This document shows, piece by piece, positions 47,737 to 57,690 of a stretch of DNA of 64,000 nt. Both the position numbers and the translations under genes were made by a program. Positions within the stretch are counted from its first letter, which is position 1. Every line of letters begins with the position of its first letter. The DNA is taken from the sequence record NC_041911.1. One strand, written 5' to 3'. The notes beneath the pieces are model-generated. The model was not told the DNA's origin, did no database searches, and saw only the letters and a program-made list of their open reading frames with translations.

Positions 47737-48081
47737 ATGCAGGCTTCTATTGAATCCCTCGCCAAACCGCCAGCCTCTGCGACTTTCGACGATCCGGCAT
47801 TCCGTGCCGTCCTTGAAGATCTTCTGACCTGGCTGATCAATCATCCAAGCACCACCACGATGGCTGTTACGGCTCACCAGATCGAAGTGTATGACTTCGA
47901 CTGGATCGGCCTACTGAATGACCTCAACATCTCTAGCGATTTGCAATGGATTACCATCCGAATGAACGGTGGCAACTCATTGTCCGATGTTCCGCAGAAC
48001 ATGCGATCGATAAAGGTTCCGGATCAGGCACTGATCCAGAATCTGGTCATGCTTAGTGCTAGTTCCAAACGTATCAAGTGA
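47737..48081 (+). CDS. Small conserved protein on the opposite strand, weakly T4 gp53/baseplate-like
   Basis: Likely start MQASIE. LQWITIRMNG...D...I.VPD recalls gp53/LysM-like proteins. Weak. Confidence 0.5.
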   Translation: MQASIESLAKPPASATFDDPAFRAVLEDLLTWLINHPSTTTMAVTAHQIEVYDFDWIGLLNDLNISSDLQWITIRMNGGNSLSDVPQNMRSIKVPDQALIQNLVMLSASSKRIK

Positions 48082-48171
48082 TACGAAAAAATAAAGCGAA
48101 AGAATAACACCCATCCCCGCCCGGTGCACCCGCAGGATGCACTGGCTAGGGATGGGCGCTATGCTGTCGTA

Positions 48172-49914
48172 TTACCGGCGGAAGAAGCCACGCGTGGCAA
48201 GCTGTTCTTGCTGAGCTTGTTGAACGGCATTCTGCAGGTAACGCGGCACCGACTGTTGACGCTGGTTGAGTTGCACCTGGGCTGCCTGCATGTTGTTCTG
48301 CTGCAGGTTTTGCAGGAAGTGCTGGAACATCACCGGATTCATGCGATAGAACTGCACTTCTTCGGCGGACAGACCCGGGATCTGCGACGGATCGGTGATC
48401 TGTGCCGGCTGACCGAAACGACCTTGCGGCTGGCCGAACTGAGCTTGTTGACCCGGCAGAACCTGACCACCTTGCTGTACGCCGGCCAACGGCACGTAAA
48501 CCTTGTTGTCAACCATCACCGCGCCTTGCGGAATGCCGCTCACACCAGAACCCTCAACCGGAATGTACAGTTGGTTGTTGATGATGCGAGCCGATTCCGG
48601 CACCTTCATGGCTTGCGGTGCAGCCGGCTGCTGTTGTTGCGGTTGCTGGAACACCGGCTGTTGCGGCTGAATCAGCGTGCCAACCGGCGGAGTCGGAGTA
48701 ACCGTACCCACGACCGGTGCCGGACGTGCGTAGCTCAGACCGCTCACTTGGCTGGCCGCTTGATCGCTGATCTGGTGCGTGGCGTTTTCAGCCGTCACTG
48801 TCAGCGATTTCATGCCCAGTTTGAAACGCGGTTGCGGTTGTCCGGATTGCTGCACGACTTGTGCCTCTTGATGTTGAATGGGTTGGGATTGCTGCACGGG
48901 TTCAACCGGCTGCACCATGTCTGCCGTGATGGTCGGCGCAACATCAGCTGCGACTACCGTACGCGCTGCGGCTGCGATCGGCGTATCGGAAATACGTGCC
49001 GGCGCTGCGGCTGCTGCCACCCGTTCGCTCGGAGCATTACCTTCGAGATACGGGATATTGCGGATTTCCGGCAACAGCGGAGTGAGATCCGCCATTTCGT
49101 CACGCCAGTCATCCACCAGCAGCAATGCGTTACTGGTATTGAGCACCGGCTCCAGAATGGCCACGGCCGTGTTGATGGCATCGACGAACTTGCCGTACAG
49201 AGCCATCAGCGATTCCAGCGACGGGGCAATCTTCGAGTCGGAACCGATCTCGTAGTAGCCGTTTTCACGGATACCCGGGAACAGGAACTCGTACATGTTG
49301 CGCAGCATCTTCACATCAACGATGCGCAGCTTGAAGTTGCCCACCTGGACTGGCTTGTTGTCCTTCGGCAGTGCTTCGTACAGCGGGAAGTGCGCCACAG
49401 CGACGCGCGAGCGCTTCTGACCCTGCCATGCACGACCCTTGATCACCGAGAAGCGGATGAACTCGAAGTTCTTCTTGACCACACGCTTGGTGCTGGTGAG
49501 GTCGCGCAGCAGCTTGACGAATTTCTCGTCGGAGTCGGAGAACGGGCCGAGGTAGGTGGCTTGTTCGGGCGTCAGGTCCTTGTGGATCTCGCCTTTCACG
49601 CCGAGTTGCGCGATGTCGATCATCAGCATGCCCAGAACGAAGTCCGAGTTGCCGTTCATGCGATCACGGAACTTCTCCAGCACACGGCTTTCACCGCCGG
49701 ACAGGTTCTGCAGCAGCGGATGGAAACCGATGCGACCAGACCAATCCGGTTGCTTCAGTTGCTCGGGAGTCGGCAGCACGCCGCGCTTGCCTTCCACAGT
49801 CCAGGGCTTCGGGGTATCGCTGCCGGGAGTCAGCGTGCTGATGAAGCCTTGGGAGTCGGAAGTCATGCCGACACTGGAAAGAATGCTCTTGTACAGTTCG
49901 ATGAGGTTTTTCAT
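48172..49914 (-). CDS. Core chimallivirus protein (phiKZ gp70-like by synteny) with Gln/Pro-rich C-terminus
   Basis: 580 aa with a globular N-terminal ~330 aa and a QQPQ/QQAQ low-complexity tail. Identity from gene order. Confidence 0.55.
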   Translation of the reverse strand: MKNLIELYKSILSSVGMTSDSQGFISTLTPGSDTPKPWTVEGKRGVLPTPEQLKQPDWSGRIGFHPLLQNLSGGESRVLEKFRDRMNGNSDFVLGMLMIDIAQLGVKGEIHKDLTPEQATYLGPFSDSDEKFVKLLRDLTSTKRVVKKNFEFIRFSVIKGRAWQGQKRSRVAVAHFPLYEALPKDNKPVQVGNFKLRIVDVKMLRNMYEFLFPGIRENGYYEIGSDSKIAPSLESLMALYGKFVDAINTAVAILEPVLNTSNALLLVDDWRDEMADLTPLLPEIRNIPYLEGNAPSERVAAAAAPARISDTPIAAAARTVVAADVAPTITADMVQPVEPVQQSQPIQHQEAQVVQQSGQPQPRFKLGMKSLTVTAENATHQISDQAASQVSGLSYARPAPVVGTVTPTPPVGTLIQPQQPVFQQPQQQQPAAPQAMKVPESARIINNQLYIPVEGSGVSGIPQGAVMVDNKVYVPLAGVQQGGQVLPGQQAQFGQPQGRFGQPAQITDPSQIPGLSAEEVQFYRMNPVMFQHFLQNLQQNNMQAAQVQLNQRQQSVPRYLQNAVQQAQQEQLATRGFFRR

Positions 49915-49975
49915 TGGATGCCTTTTCGATTGATGGAGAAAAAGGAGGCAGGTTTCCCCGCCTCCTTTTCCTTAC

Positions 49976-51730
49976 TTAGTAGTCACCTGCCAGACCGCCG
50001 TAACGCGATTCGCCGGCACCTTGGATGGCGATGCCGTCACCGGTGTTGAGAGTGCTACCGGGAGCGATGATCTGCTTGCACGTATCGATCACGTCGTCGA
50101 TGGTTTCAGCCATACCGATCAGGCGATCGAGGCTGTTCGTCACCACCGGCGCGAGCGAGGACGATGCGAATGCCGGAATCACGTAAGCGCGATGGATACC
50201 GCCCCAAGTGATTTCCACAAACACGTCGTTGAACGCATCCGCAAACACATCCACTTCGTACGACGTTTCTTCGGCCGCAACGATGCTCAAGCACTCCATG
50301 ATCAGACGACCCTTGAGCACTTCGAGACGCTGGAACAACATGCCATCGTTGTCCATACCGTCACACGCCTGGATGGTGACCTCCGTATCACCCGTATTCA
50401 GGTTGTTGGCGTTGTACGCGAGAACTGCCACGCCCGACATCGACATCAGCGCGAGAGTCGACTGCACGATGCTGGTTGCATGCAATGCAATGACTTCCGC
50501 GTCGCCGATGTTGGCCACCGAACGACCATCCGGAATCGAGATCGCGCCATTTTCATAAGCGCGACCGAAGACTTCGGTACGATCGTCGATCGTCAGGTCC
50601 AGCTTCAGCAGATCACCGAAAGTGAACTGAGCCGTGGTAGCTACACCGTTTGCGAGCTTGCGATTCATCACGTGGATGAAACCGCTTTGCGAGAACGCCG
50701 TATCCTGAATGCGTTGACCGGCCAGCTGCCCGCCACCCATGTTGTCGATGTTCATCGGGTCGTACGAACTCAGGCTGTTTTCATACAGGCCTTTGAGTGT
50801 ACGGCTCGCAAACGTCGGCACCAGCAGGTTGGTATCAGCAGACATCATCGGGACACTGGTCAGCATGCTGTCCAGATCCTGATAGGTCATCGCAGTCGGT
50901 TCACCGAACTGTGCAGCTTGTTCCATGCCGCGATAGAGCTGCACCTTGTCTACTGCGCGCAGCACGTCCGACGGACGAGTCAGGAACATGCTGGACTGAG
51001 TGCCCAGCCCGCCGAAGCCGGAATTGCGTACCACTGCGTTCGAACGGCTGATCATCGGGATCGGACGGCCGAGGTTGTCCAGCTGGCGCTGACGCGCTTC
51101 GGTAACGTGGTTGATCGTGAACAGCATACCCGGATCGATGAACACGTTGGTCATGCCCATATTGCTGGCTGCCGCTTCGTCCGTGCTACCCGAGATGAAC
51201 TCGGTACGCTGGAACTTGCCGTTGCGATACACGTCCACGACCATCGTGAAGCGGAAGCGCTCGGTTTCCCAACCGTTTTCGATGTTAACCGCACCGTCCG
51301 GCGTACCGGAGTGACGGATGAAGTTGGCACCCTGCGCCATCAGGTTGGACATGTTGGCCGGGTTGAATGCTTCCGCGCCTTGACGCTCGACTTCGTTCTG
51401 GATGGCACTCATGCCTTGGCCATCAAGCATCACGTCGTAGGTACGACGGAATTGGTTAGCTTGCGGACGGGTAAGACCCAGGTAGATCTTGCGGATCTCC
51501 ATGGTCATGGCGCCTTGCTGCTGGTTCTCAGCGATTGCCTGACCGAAGTCGTAGGTTTGTTGGATCAGACTCACTTGCGGCTGGGGAGTGAAGCCACCGC
51601 TGAGTCCGCCGAGATTCTGTTGCTGCCCCGAACCGAATTGTGCATCGAGGGAGCCGAAGTTGTTGTTTCCGAAATTCATGGTCTTTTCCTTTAAGTGGTG
51701 ATGTCTTTGGGCTGTGAGTTCGCTTCTCAC
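49976..51730 (-). CDS. Probable phage-nucleus import protein PicA/Imp1 (phiKZ gp69-like by synteny)
   Basis: 584 aa, directly downstream of the gp68-like gene in the conserved core order. Not confirmed by sequence recognition. Confidence 0.55.
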   Translation of the reverse strand: MRSELTAQRHHHLKEKTMNFGNNNFGSLDAQFGSGQQQNLGGLSGGFTPQPQVSLIQQTYDFGQAIAENQQQGAMTMEIRKIYLGLTRPQANQFRRTYDVMLDGQGMSAIQNEVERQGAEAFNPANMSNLMAQGANFIRHSGTPDGAVNIENGWETERFRFTMVVDVYRNGKFQRTEFISGSTDEAAASNMGMTNVFIDPGMLFTINHVTEARQRQLDNLGRPIPMISRSNAVVRNSGFGGLGTQSSMFLTRPSDVLRAVDKVQLYRGMEQAAQFGEPTAMTYQDLDSMLTSVPMMSADTNLLVPTFASRTLKGLYENSLSSYDPMNIDNMGGGQLAGQRIQDTAFSQSGFIHVMNRKLANGVATTAQFTFGDLLKLDLTIDDRTEVFGRAYENGAISIPDGRSVANIGDAEVIALHATSIVQSTLALMSMSGVAVLAYNANNLNTGDTEVTIQACDGMDNDGMLFQRLEVLKGRLIMECLSIVAAEETSYEVDVFADAFNDVFVEITWGGIHRAYVIPAFASSSLAPVVTNSLDRLIGMAETIDDVIDTCKQIIAPGSTLNTGDGIAIQGAGESRYGGLAGDY

Positions 51731-51745
51731 AGCCCTGCCGTGGTG

Positions 51746-53467
51746 TTAATGAAACTTGAACGGTGCGAAGTGCGTGCCGGTCGCTTGCGCCATTAGCTGC
51801 TGGTAAACTTCATCGGGATTGATCCGAACCATGGGACGCTCTGCGAGCCACTTGGCGTACTCCATGAACATCGTAACAGCGTCACGACGCAGGAAATACT
51901 TCCGGTTCGGATTGTTGCCTTGCACCCGCTGCAGTGTTGCATCGCTAAAGGTACAATTGATATCGTACTCTTGTAAGGAACGCACCAGCTCGTACACGTC
52001 GTCGAAGACGAAGTTCCGCACTTTCTTCTGGTTACGGCTGCGTTGCTCCATCGGGAACACCGCACGGTAAGCTTCACGATCCACTGCACGCAGCGGAGCA
52101 ATCGACTCACCGATAAAATGCGTACCGCCCGAGTTGTCCACTCGTTCGTACGCTGCCGATACCAGCATCGCCAGATCGATCTTGCCGTGATGGATGAGAA
52201 CTGCTTGCGCCAGACCAAGCAGACTGACCACGCGTTCCTTCAGCAGGTTACCCACCGCGCGCACTTGACTGTACGGGTGGAAGAGCCACGCTGCGATGGT
52301 GATTTGCTCGTCCATCAGCGGAATGCCGTGTAGCGCTTTCGCCGAATTTAGCGAATCTTCAACCAGCGCATAGTCGATGCCGGGCGCAACGCGCTCGATC
52401 AACGACAACGGATCAACGACGCCCTTGTGGATCAGCTCGATCTGCTGTTCCAGATAGTAGTCGCCGAGTGCTTCTTGGCCAACTGTCAGGGCAATCCGGT
52501 TACGGAAGCCTTCGAGATAGGACTGGTTGTTCTCATCTGCCGAGTACGACGTTTCAGCAAACTTGTTCTTGATCGCCGGCTGAGACGATGCAATGGTCGT
52601 GACGCGATGCCGTACGTAATTGTACAGCGCCGAGACTACGGGAGTGAGGTTGTTCACGCCCATTACGTCCACTACCGGCAAGCGGTTGATCACGAGACTG
52701 GTGAGTGCCCAGTACACGAAGTCATCCGTACCAATCCCCATCATGATCGCGGCCGGGTTGTTGCGGTCGTTGCCGATGGTGTGGTCAACAAACTGCTCCA
52801 GACGCTTCAGCGCTTGGCACTGTGCCGGCCATGCTTGTTCGATCAGGCTGTAGGCCAGCATGTCTTTGTGTTCACGACTCAGGACCGACTTCGTAAGTGC
52901 TGCGAAGTCAAACCAGAACGGAACTGCGGCACGCACGAGAATCGCCAGCGGGATGAGACCTTTATAGTCTTCCAGCAAGTAAGTGCGCTCGCGCGTACCA
53001 GGCATGGTATCGGGATCGAAAGTGATCTTGACGTCCACCGGCACTCGCGGACGCAGCGTACTCCACACCCAGTTGTAGAAATGCGTCGGATCGATTTGGT
53101 CGAACAGCGCTTTCGCCATCGGGCGAATCGCTTCGATCAGATCCTCGCACTCGTCCTGCTGCATGTTCGTTGCGCGCAGAACGGTATGAATTTGTCGGTA
53201 CTCCTCGAAAATCGCCGCTTGTTTCGTCCCATCGAGCTGCTCGAAGTAGGCATTGATCTGGTCGAATGCATCGGCATTCGTATCCGGTTCGCTGTTCCAT
53301 GTCCGTGGCGGGAAGTTCCACTGCAACTTGGCGTTGCCATGCTCGATGATCATGTAGCGCTTGCTCTTTGCCTTACCGGATTCCAGAGCGCCACCGTAAA
53401 TATCGTCGGTGGTACGCTCGGCGGATGGCAAGGCAAGATCAGCCTGACTAACCACTTTGATTTTCAT
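51746..53467 (-). CDS. Probable nvRNAP promoter-specificity (sigma-like) subunit, phiKZ gp68-like
   Basis: 573 aa, helical, F..INAYF..L....Q..IF..Y..I pattern. Position between the chmC-like and picA-like genes. Confidence 0.6.
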   Translation of the reverse strand: MKIKVVSQADLALPSAERTTDDIYGGALESGKAKSKRYMIIEHGNAKLQWNFPPRTWNSEPDTNADAFDQINAYFEQLDGTKQAAIFEEYRQIHTVLRATNMQQDECEDLIEAIRPMAKALFDQIDPTHFYNWVWSTLRPRVPVDVKITFDPDTMPGTRERTYLLEDYKGLIPLAILVRAAVPFWFDFAALTKSVLSREHKDMLAYSLIEQAWPAQCQALKRLEQFVDHTIGNDRNNPAAIMMGIGTDDFVYWALTSLVINRLPVVDVMGVNNLTPVVSALYNYVRHRVTTIASSQPAIKNKFAETSYSADENNQSYLEGFRNRIALTVGQEALGDYYLEQQIELIHKGVVDPLSLIERVAPGIDYALVEDSLNSAKALHGIPLMDEQITIAAWLFHPYSQVRAVGNLLKERVVSLLGLAQAVLIHHGKIDLAMLVSAAYERVDNSGGTHFIGESIAPLRAVDREAYRAVFPMEQRSRNQKKVRNFVFDDVYELVRSLQEYDINCTFSDATLQRVQGNNPNRKYFLRRDAVTMFMEYAKWLAERPMVRINPDEVYQQLMAQATGTHFAPFKFH

Positions 53468-53518
53468 ACTCTTCCTTTATGGTGAATTCTGCATACTTCG
53501 CACTTAGTACACAGGTTG

Positions 53519-53526
53519 GTAATATA
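53519..53526 (-). promoter_or_regulatory. Candidate early (vRNAP) promoter TATATTAC
   Basis: Exact phiKZ early consensus ~50 nt upstream of the gp68-like start. Confidence 0.65.
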
Positions 53527-53579
53527 TGCCCAAAGAACTCTGGACTTTAACTACCCCATTTCTCAATAGAGGGACTTTT

Positions 53580-53609
53580 GAGCCTACGCCCCGAAAAGGG
53601 CGTAGGCTC
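53580..53609 (-). terminator. Intrinsic terminator
   Basis: GAGCCTACGCCC/GGGCGTAGGCTC 12-bp stem. TTATGTCA at 53611. Confidence 0.8.
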
Positions 53610-53637
53610 ATTATGTCACTCAGTTAACCAGCTTGGC

Positions 53638-54360
53638 TTACCAGGGAATGTCGTCGCTGCTCATGTCAGCGTTGCCGGCACCTTGGCTGCGGTTGTTTTG
53701 GTAACCGCCGCCGCCGTTACCGCCGCCACCATTGCCACCACCGCCGTTGCGGTTACCCCAGTTACCGCCACCGCCACCTTGCTGCTTCGGTTCCGGATGC
53801 TTGTACTGTTCCTTCATCAGGAGCGGCATCAGGTCTTCGATGGCCTTGACCTTGCCCAGCGCCAGGAACTTCGACTCGATGTGCTTCGGCATTTCGTTGC
53901 CGTCGCCGTCCTTGAACAGGGTCTTGGTGTCGGCCAGGAAGCTGAACTTGATGTTCGGACGCTTGTCCATCACCACCGAGATGTAGACCACACCGTTTTC
54001 TTCACGGCCGACCACGAGACGGTAGATCAGAACCGGGCCGTCGGTCATCTTGCCCGGGCCGATGAACTTCTTGTCGCGGTGCTCGTAAGCCCAGCGGAAC
54101 GGCTGGTCGGTCAGCGCGGCGTGGCGGATCATCTCCAGGAACATGGTGAACTTGTCGTACGGCACGTTCGCTTGGATGCGGCCGTAGTCATTGTTCGCAT
54201 CGTTGGCGACGTTGGTGCGCACGGTGATGATCGGATCGTTCTTCTTGATGTCGAACGACATGTTGGCGAACTTGCCTTCGCCGTTCGGCGCGTACAGAGT
54301 CAGCGCGCGGTGATTGAGGACAGTCTTGGGGCGTTGTTGCTGGTTGTTGAAGTCAGACAT
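53638..54360 (-). CDS. Single-stranded nucleic-acid-binding protein, probable ChmC/Imp6 (phiKZ gp67-like)
   Basis: Beta-rich core, Gly/Asn-rich disordered tail ending DDIPW. Position upstream of the gp68-like gene. Confidence 0.65.
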   Translation of the reverse strand: MSDFNNQQQRPKTVLNHRALTLYAPNGEGKFANMSFDIKKNDPIITVRTNVANDANNDYGRIQANVPYDKFTMFLEMIRHAALTDQPFRWAYEHRDKKFIGPGKMTDGPVLIYRLVVGREENGVVYISVVMDKRPNIKFSFLADTKTLFKDGDGNEMPKHIESKFLALGKVKAIEDLMPLLMKEQYKHPEPKQQGGGGGNWGNRNGGGGNGGGGNGGGGYQNNRSQGAGNADMSSDDIPW

Positions 54361-54428
54361 GATGGCTCTTCGGGTTATCGTTGATATCTATTCATGGAAT
54401 GAACGGACGTGGTAAAAAAGCGCTGCGA

Positions 54429-55259
54429 TTACCAGCGCCTCAGATAGAGTCTGAGCTGCTCAGCAAGGAACTTATCCTTGATCTGGTTCAGCCCATAGTT
54501 GACCTTATCCTGACTCGTAGCAAAACTCCAGTTGTACTTCGTGCCAAGATCGACCAACGTCTTGCGGTAAGTCGCGCCAATCGGACGGAAAAGCTGACTA
54601 TCGCCGAAGATGGACAGGAAGCCCTCGTGGAAAGGAATCATTGGCAGATCCTTGCCATTGTAGAACTTCGTGTACCATTTGCTCTTGTCCTTGATGTTAC
54701 CCGTGTGGGATTCCAGCAGGGACAAGTTGCTGAACACCTTGGTAGTCAGATCGTACGGATAGTGCGTCAACATCAAGGTGTTCGCAGACTGCGAATCGGT
54801 GATTTGCAGGGGATAAAGCTTGATCAGCTCCTTTTCGTTCTTGATGATCTGACCCAAGACCATCTGCAAGCTTTTGGCGAACAGTATCTGGTTAGGAGTG
54901 CTGTCCACGCGCAAGATCGCGTGAGGGAGACGCGATTCCAGACCGATATAGTCCGGACAATACAGAACGGTCTTGAACTGATGCTGACCTTGCTCGGCAG
55001 AAATTTCCAGATACGACTCCAGCTCGTGCCGGAACGAATCGATCAGATCTTTCTGGTCAATCAGCGGGATGTTTTCCTTACCGATGGCTTCGTAATAGTT
55101 ACGAAAGAGGGTTTTCACATTCACCCAGTGGCCGGAGAAGTCCTTCAACAGCTTCGGACCAGCCGGGTGATCGGGATGGATACCGAGTGCGCCCTCTAAA
55201 GCCAACGACGTGGCAATAGACAGCGGAAAGTATCCAGTAGCGCGTTCGGATGCATTCAT
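54429..55259 (-). CDS. Conserved core hypothetical protein, possibly nuclease-like
   Basis: 276 aa, coupled to the Mre11/SbcD gene (3-nt gap). Function not recognised. Confidence 0.6.
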   Translation of the reverse strand: MNASERATGYFPLSIATSLALEGALGIHPDHPAGPKLLKDFSGHWVNVKTLFRNYYEAIGKENIPLIDQKDLIDSFRHELESYLEISAEQGQHQFKTVLYCPDYIGLESRLPHAILRVDSTPNQILFAKSLQMVLGQIIKNEKELIKLYPLQITDSQSANTLMLTHYPYDLTTKVFSNLSLLESHTGNIKDKSKWYTKFYNGKDLPMIPFHEGFLSIFGDSQLFRPIGATYRKTLVDLGTKYNWSFATSQDKVNYGLNQIKDKFLAEQLRLYLRRW

Positions 55260-55262
55260 GTT

Positions 55263-56468
55263 CTACACCAGTTCAGCGAGCTTACGCTCGGCAAGTTTAA
55301 GAATGTCCCCGTCCAAGTTCTTACCAGCCAGGGAGTCCATGATGAGTTTCTGTACGTTATCGCGCGTGATCTCGATGGGTACGTACTCCTGCTTAGCTTG
55401 CAGAAGTTCGGTTTGTTGCACGATAGACAGATCTTCATCGGCCTTACCAAGGCCAGTCCAGAAGTAGTACGGCTTTTCCTTCTCGTACGTGCCAATTGAC
55501 TGCAAGATGGGATTTCCGACATCCGCCATGATACGGATATGGGAACCATCTGGAAAATCCTCGGTTTCTGCGAGGACTTTTTCGTGACTCTCTTCAAAAC
55601 TCAAGCCACGACAGTTTACGGTGTGGAAAATCTTGGCGTCGAGGGTCTCGACGAACTGGATCTCGTAATCGTCACTGGCGCGAACAATTGCACGTACATG
55701 ACCCTTAGGCCCTTCTTCACCGTGGGAGATACGGTCAGTCGAACCTTGGGCAATGATGCGGTCAAACTTGCTGTGGATGTGTACGTGGCCGATAAAGATC
55801 AGCTTATCCACAATCTTCAAGTATGCCGACGACGAATGCTTCTGGGCTTTCACTACCGGAGGCAGCTGATACTCAAACTGCCCATGCATGATAGCGTAAT
55901 CCACCTTAGCGATACCTCGTTGACGCATAAGGTCATGTACTTCCTCTAGCGTCTTTTCTGCGCTATCCGTCCACTCATCCGGCACGAACAACACATTGAT
56001 CCCGAACTTCGGAATCCAAACAATGCTCAGGGTATCCACGTACAGCAGATCGCAGCCAATGTCCATCGACCTGTTGATCAGTTCAAAACGTTCGGACTGA
56101 TCGCGATCATGACTCGGAGTGCCTCGCAACACCCAGAGCTGGATATCCATCGCTTTGCACAGGCGCAGCATGTAGATGATCCAGTGATCGATGACATTCA
56201 CCGCATGATCAGGCAGATTCAGCAAGTGATCGTAGACATCGCCCGCCAATACGATCACGTCCAGCTTTGCCGTCTCTGCATTACGAGGAAAGACGGCTTT
56301 CAGTCGTTCAACCATTTCCTCGGGCGGGTTCTTGCCATGCCCGAGGTGGAGATCACTTGCCGAAGCAATACGAAACTCTTTAAAGGAAGACGACTGAGGA
56401 AAGGCAGCATCGATCTCCTGAGCTACCTTTTTCAGTTTTGGTTCTTTTTTGTCAGAGGAGTTCACCAT
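55263..56468 (-). CDS. Mre11/SbcD-like metallophosphoesterase nuclease
   Basis: Calcineurin-like motifs SDLHLG, AGDVYD, GTPSHD, MHGQ and GHVH. Confidence 0.85.
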   Translation of the reverse strand: MVNSSDKKEPKLKKVAQEIDAAFPQSSSFKEFRIASASDLHLGHGKNPPEEMVERLKAVFPRNAETAKLDVIVLAGDVYDHLLNLPDHAVNVIDHWIIYMLRLCKAMDIQLWVLRGTPSHDRDQSERFELINRSMDIGCDLLYVDTLSIVWIPKFGINVLFVPDEWTDSAEKTLEEVHDLMRQRGIAKVDYAIMHGQFEYQLPPVVKAQKHSSSAYLKIVDKLIFIGHVHIHSKFDRIIAQGSTDRISHGEEGPKGHVRAIVRASDDYEIQFVETLDAKIFHTVNCRGLSFEESHEKVLAETEDFPDGSHIRIMADVGNPILQSIGTYEKEKPYYFWTGLGKADEDLSIVQQTELLQAKQEYVPIEITRDNVQKLIMDSLAGKNLDGDILKLAERKLAELV

Positions 56469-57042
56469 CTTCGAAGTCCAGTGCGGGCTTCTCTGTGCTC
56501 ACTGCTGCGACGGAAGCTCCATCTACCACCGAGCCGTCGATCTTCAGAGTTTTGCCGTAGAGAGCAAGAATCGCATTCCAACGATCCTGGCGTTGTTTGA
56601 AAAGTTCATCGCGGTTTGTTGCGATACCACGTCCATTAAATTCATGTTCGAGGTACTTTTCGGCACGTGCCGGCGACTGATTGGAAAGCATGCCGGCGGT
56701 GATCAACATCGACGACATAGAACCACGCTTGGAAGCTTCCAGGTGATTAACGATATTGCGCTCCAACAGGCTGGGCATTCTGAAGCGCACTTTCCCATCT
56801 GCATCAACAACATCGACTTCTGCGAACGGATTACCCGCCACCGCGGCCATCAGCAGCGGAAAATCGCTGCTGACGACCTCGCCGGTGATTACGGGCAATA
56901 TTTCATTTACGAACGTGCTTTCGGGAATTTTCTTCACTTCCGCATTCACGACCAGAGCTTCGTGAATAGCGGTAATGTCTTGCGAGAGCTTGGCGTTACG
57001 GTACTCGCCAATACCTGTGGTAGTTGTCATAGCGGCACACAA
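56452..57042 (-). CDS. Conserved hypothetical protein
   Basis: 196 aa, overlaps the nuclease start, acidic tail. Confidence 0.65.
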   Translation of the reverse strand: MCAAMTTTTGIGEYRNAKLSQDITAIHEALVVNAEVKKIPESTFVNEILPVITGEVVSSDFPLLMAAVAGNPFAEVDVVDADGKVRFRMPSLLERNIVNHLEASKRGSMSSMLITAGMLSNQSPARAEKYLEHEFNGRGIATNRDELFKQRQDRWNAILALYGKTLKIDGSVVDGASVAAVSTEKPALDFEDGELL

Positions 57043-57111
57043 CCTTCTTAAAAAGGATATAAAAGGAGTGGGGGCTGTGTATGTTTACATACAATACAGC
57101 CCCAACCAGAA

Positions 57112-57690
57112 TTACAGAAGTTGCGGCTCAGCAACGGCCGGCAAACCACCCGTCTTAGTGACGGGATGATCGGCAGCAATGGACGCAGCTGGCGGTGTCA
57201 ACGACTGTTCTTCTGCCGGAGTTTCCGGGAAGAAGTTCTTCGCCATCACACACTGCAACAGAATGGCGCCATCGCCGGTGATGATTTGGCCGAGTTGGCG
57301 GATGATTTCATTACCAACTTCTTTCGGCAAAGTCAGGAACTTCGTCTTGGTCAAGTTGAAGTTGTCCTGCTGGTAGGCCATCAGGCTGAAACGACGCACG
57401 CCATTTTCCGTTTGACTGCGCGCCATAACCAGATACGAGTTATCGGACGGCAGGGTGCGAGTGATCAGCAGCACTGCATCGCGTTCACCGGCAACGATCG
57501 GTTCCGGGCGCACCAGGATTTCATCCTGACGTACCGGCAGATACGGACTGGAACTCATTTCGAGGAACGATCCGATGTGGCGCATTGCCTCGCCGACGGT
57601 GCGATTAATGAGTGCCGGCGATCCGGCAACGTCTTCCGCTGCATGTGCGACTTGATGGCTGACGAAATCCATCAGTTCTTTTTTATCCAT
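57112..57690 (-). CDS. Hypothetical protein
   Basis: 192 aa, 8-nt overlap with the upstream gene. GAGG RBS. Confidence 0.65.
   Translation of the reverse strand: MDKKELMDFVSHQVAHAAEDVAGSPALINRTVGEAMRHIGSFLEMSSSPYLPVRQDEILVRPEPIVAGERDAVLLITRTLPSDNSYLVMARSQTENGVRRFSLMAYQQDNFNLTKTKFLTLPKEVGNEIIRQLGQIITGDGAILLQCVMAKNFFPETPAEEQSLTPPAASIAADHPVTKTGGLPAVAEPQLL

Noticed and set aside
53690-53790. CCGCCG/GGN repeats, and the 11.0-11.4 kb repeats, as a CRISPR or DNA repeat element
   Set aside because: They are in-frame low-complexity coding sequence with no constant repeat/unique spacer pattern.
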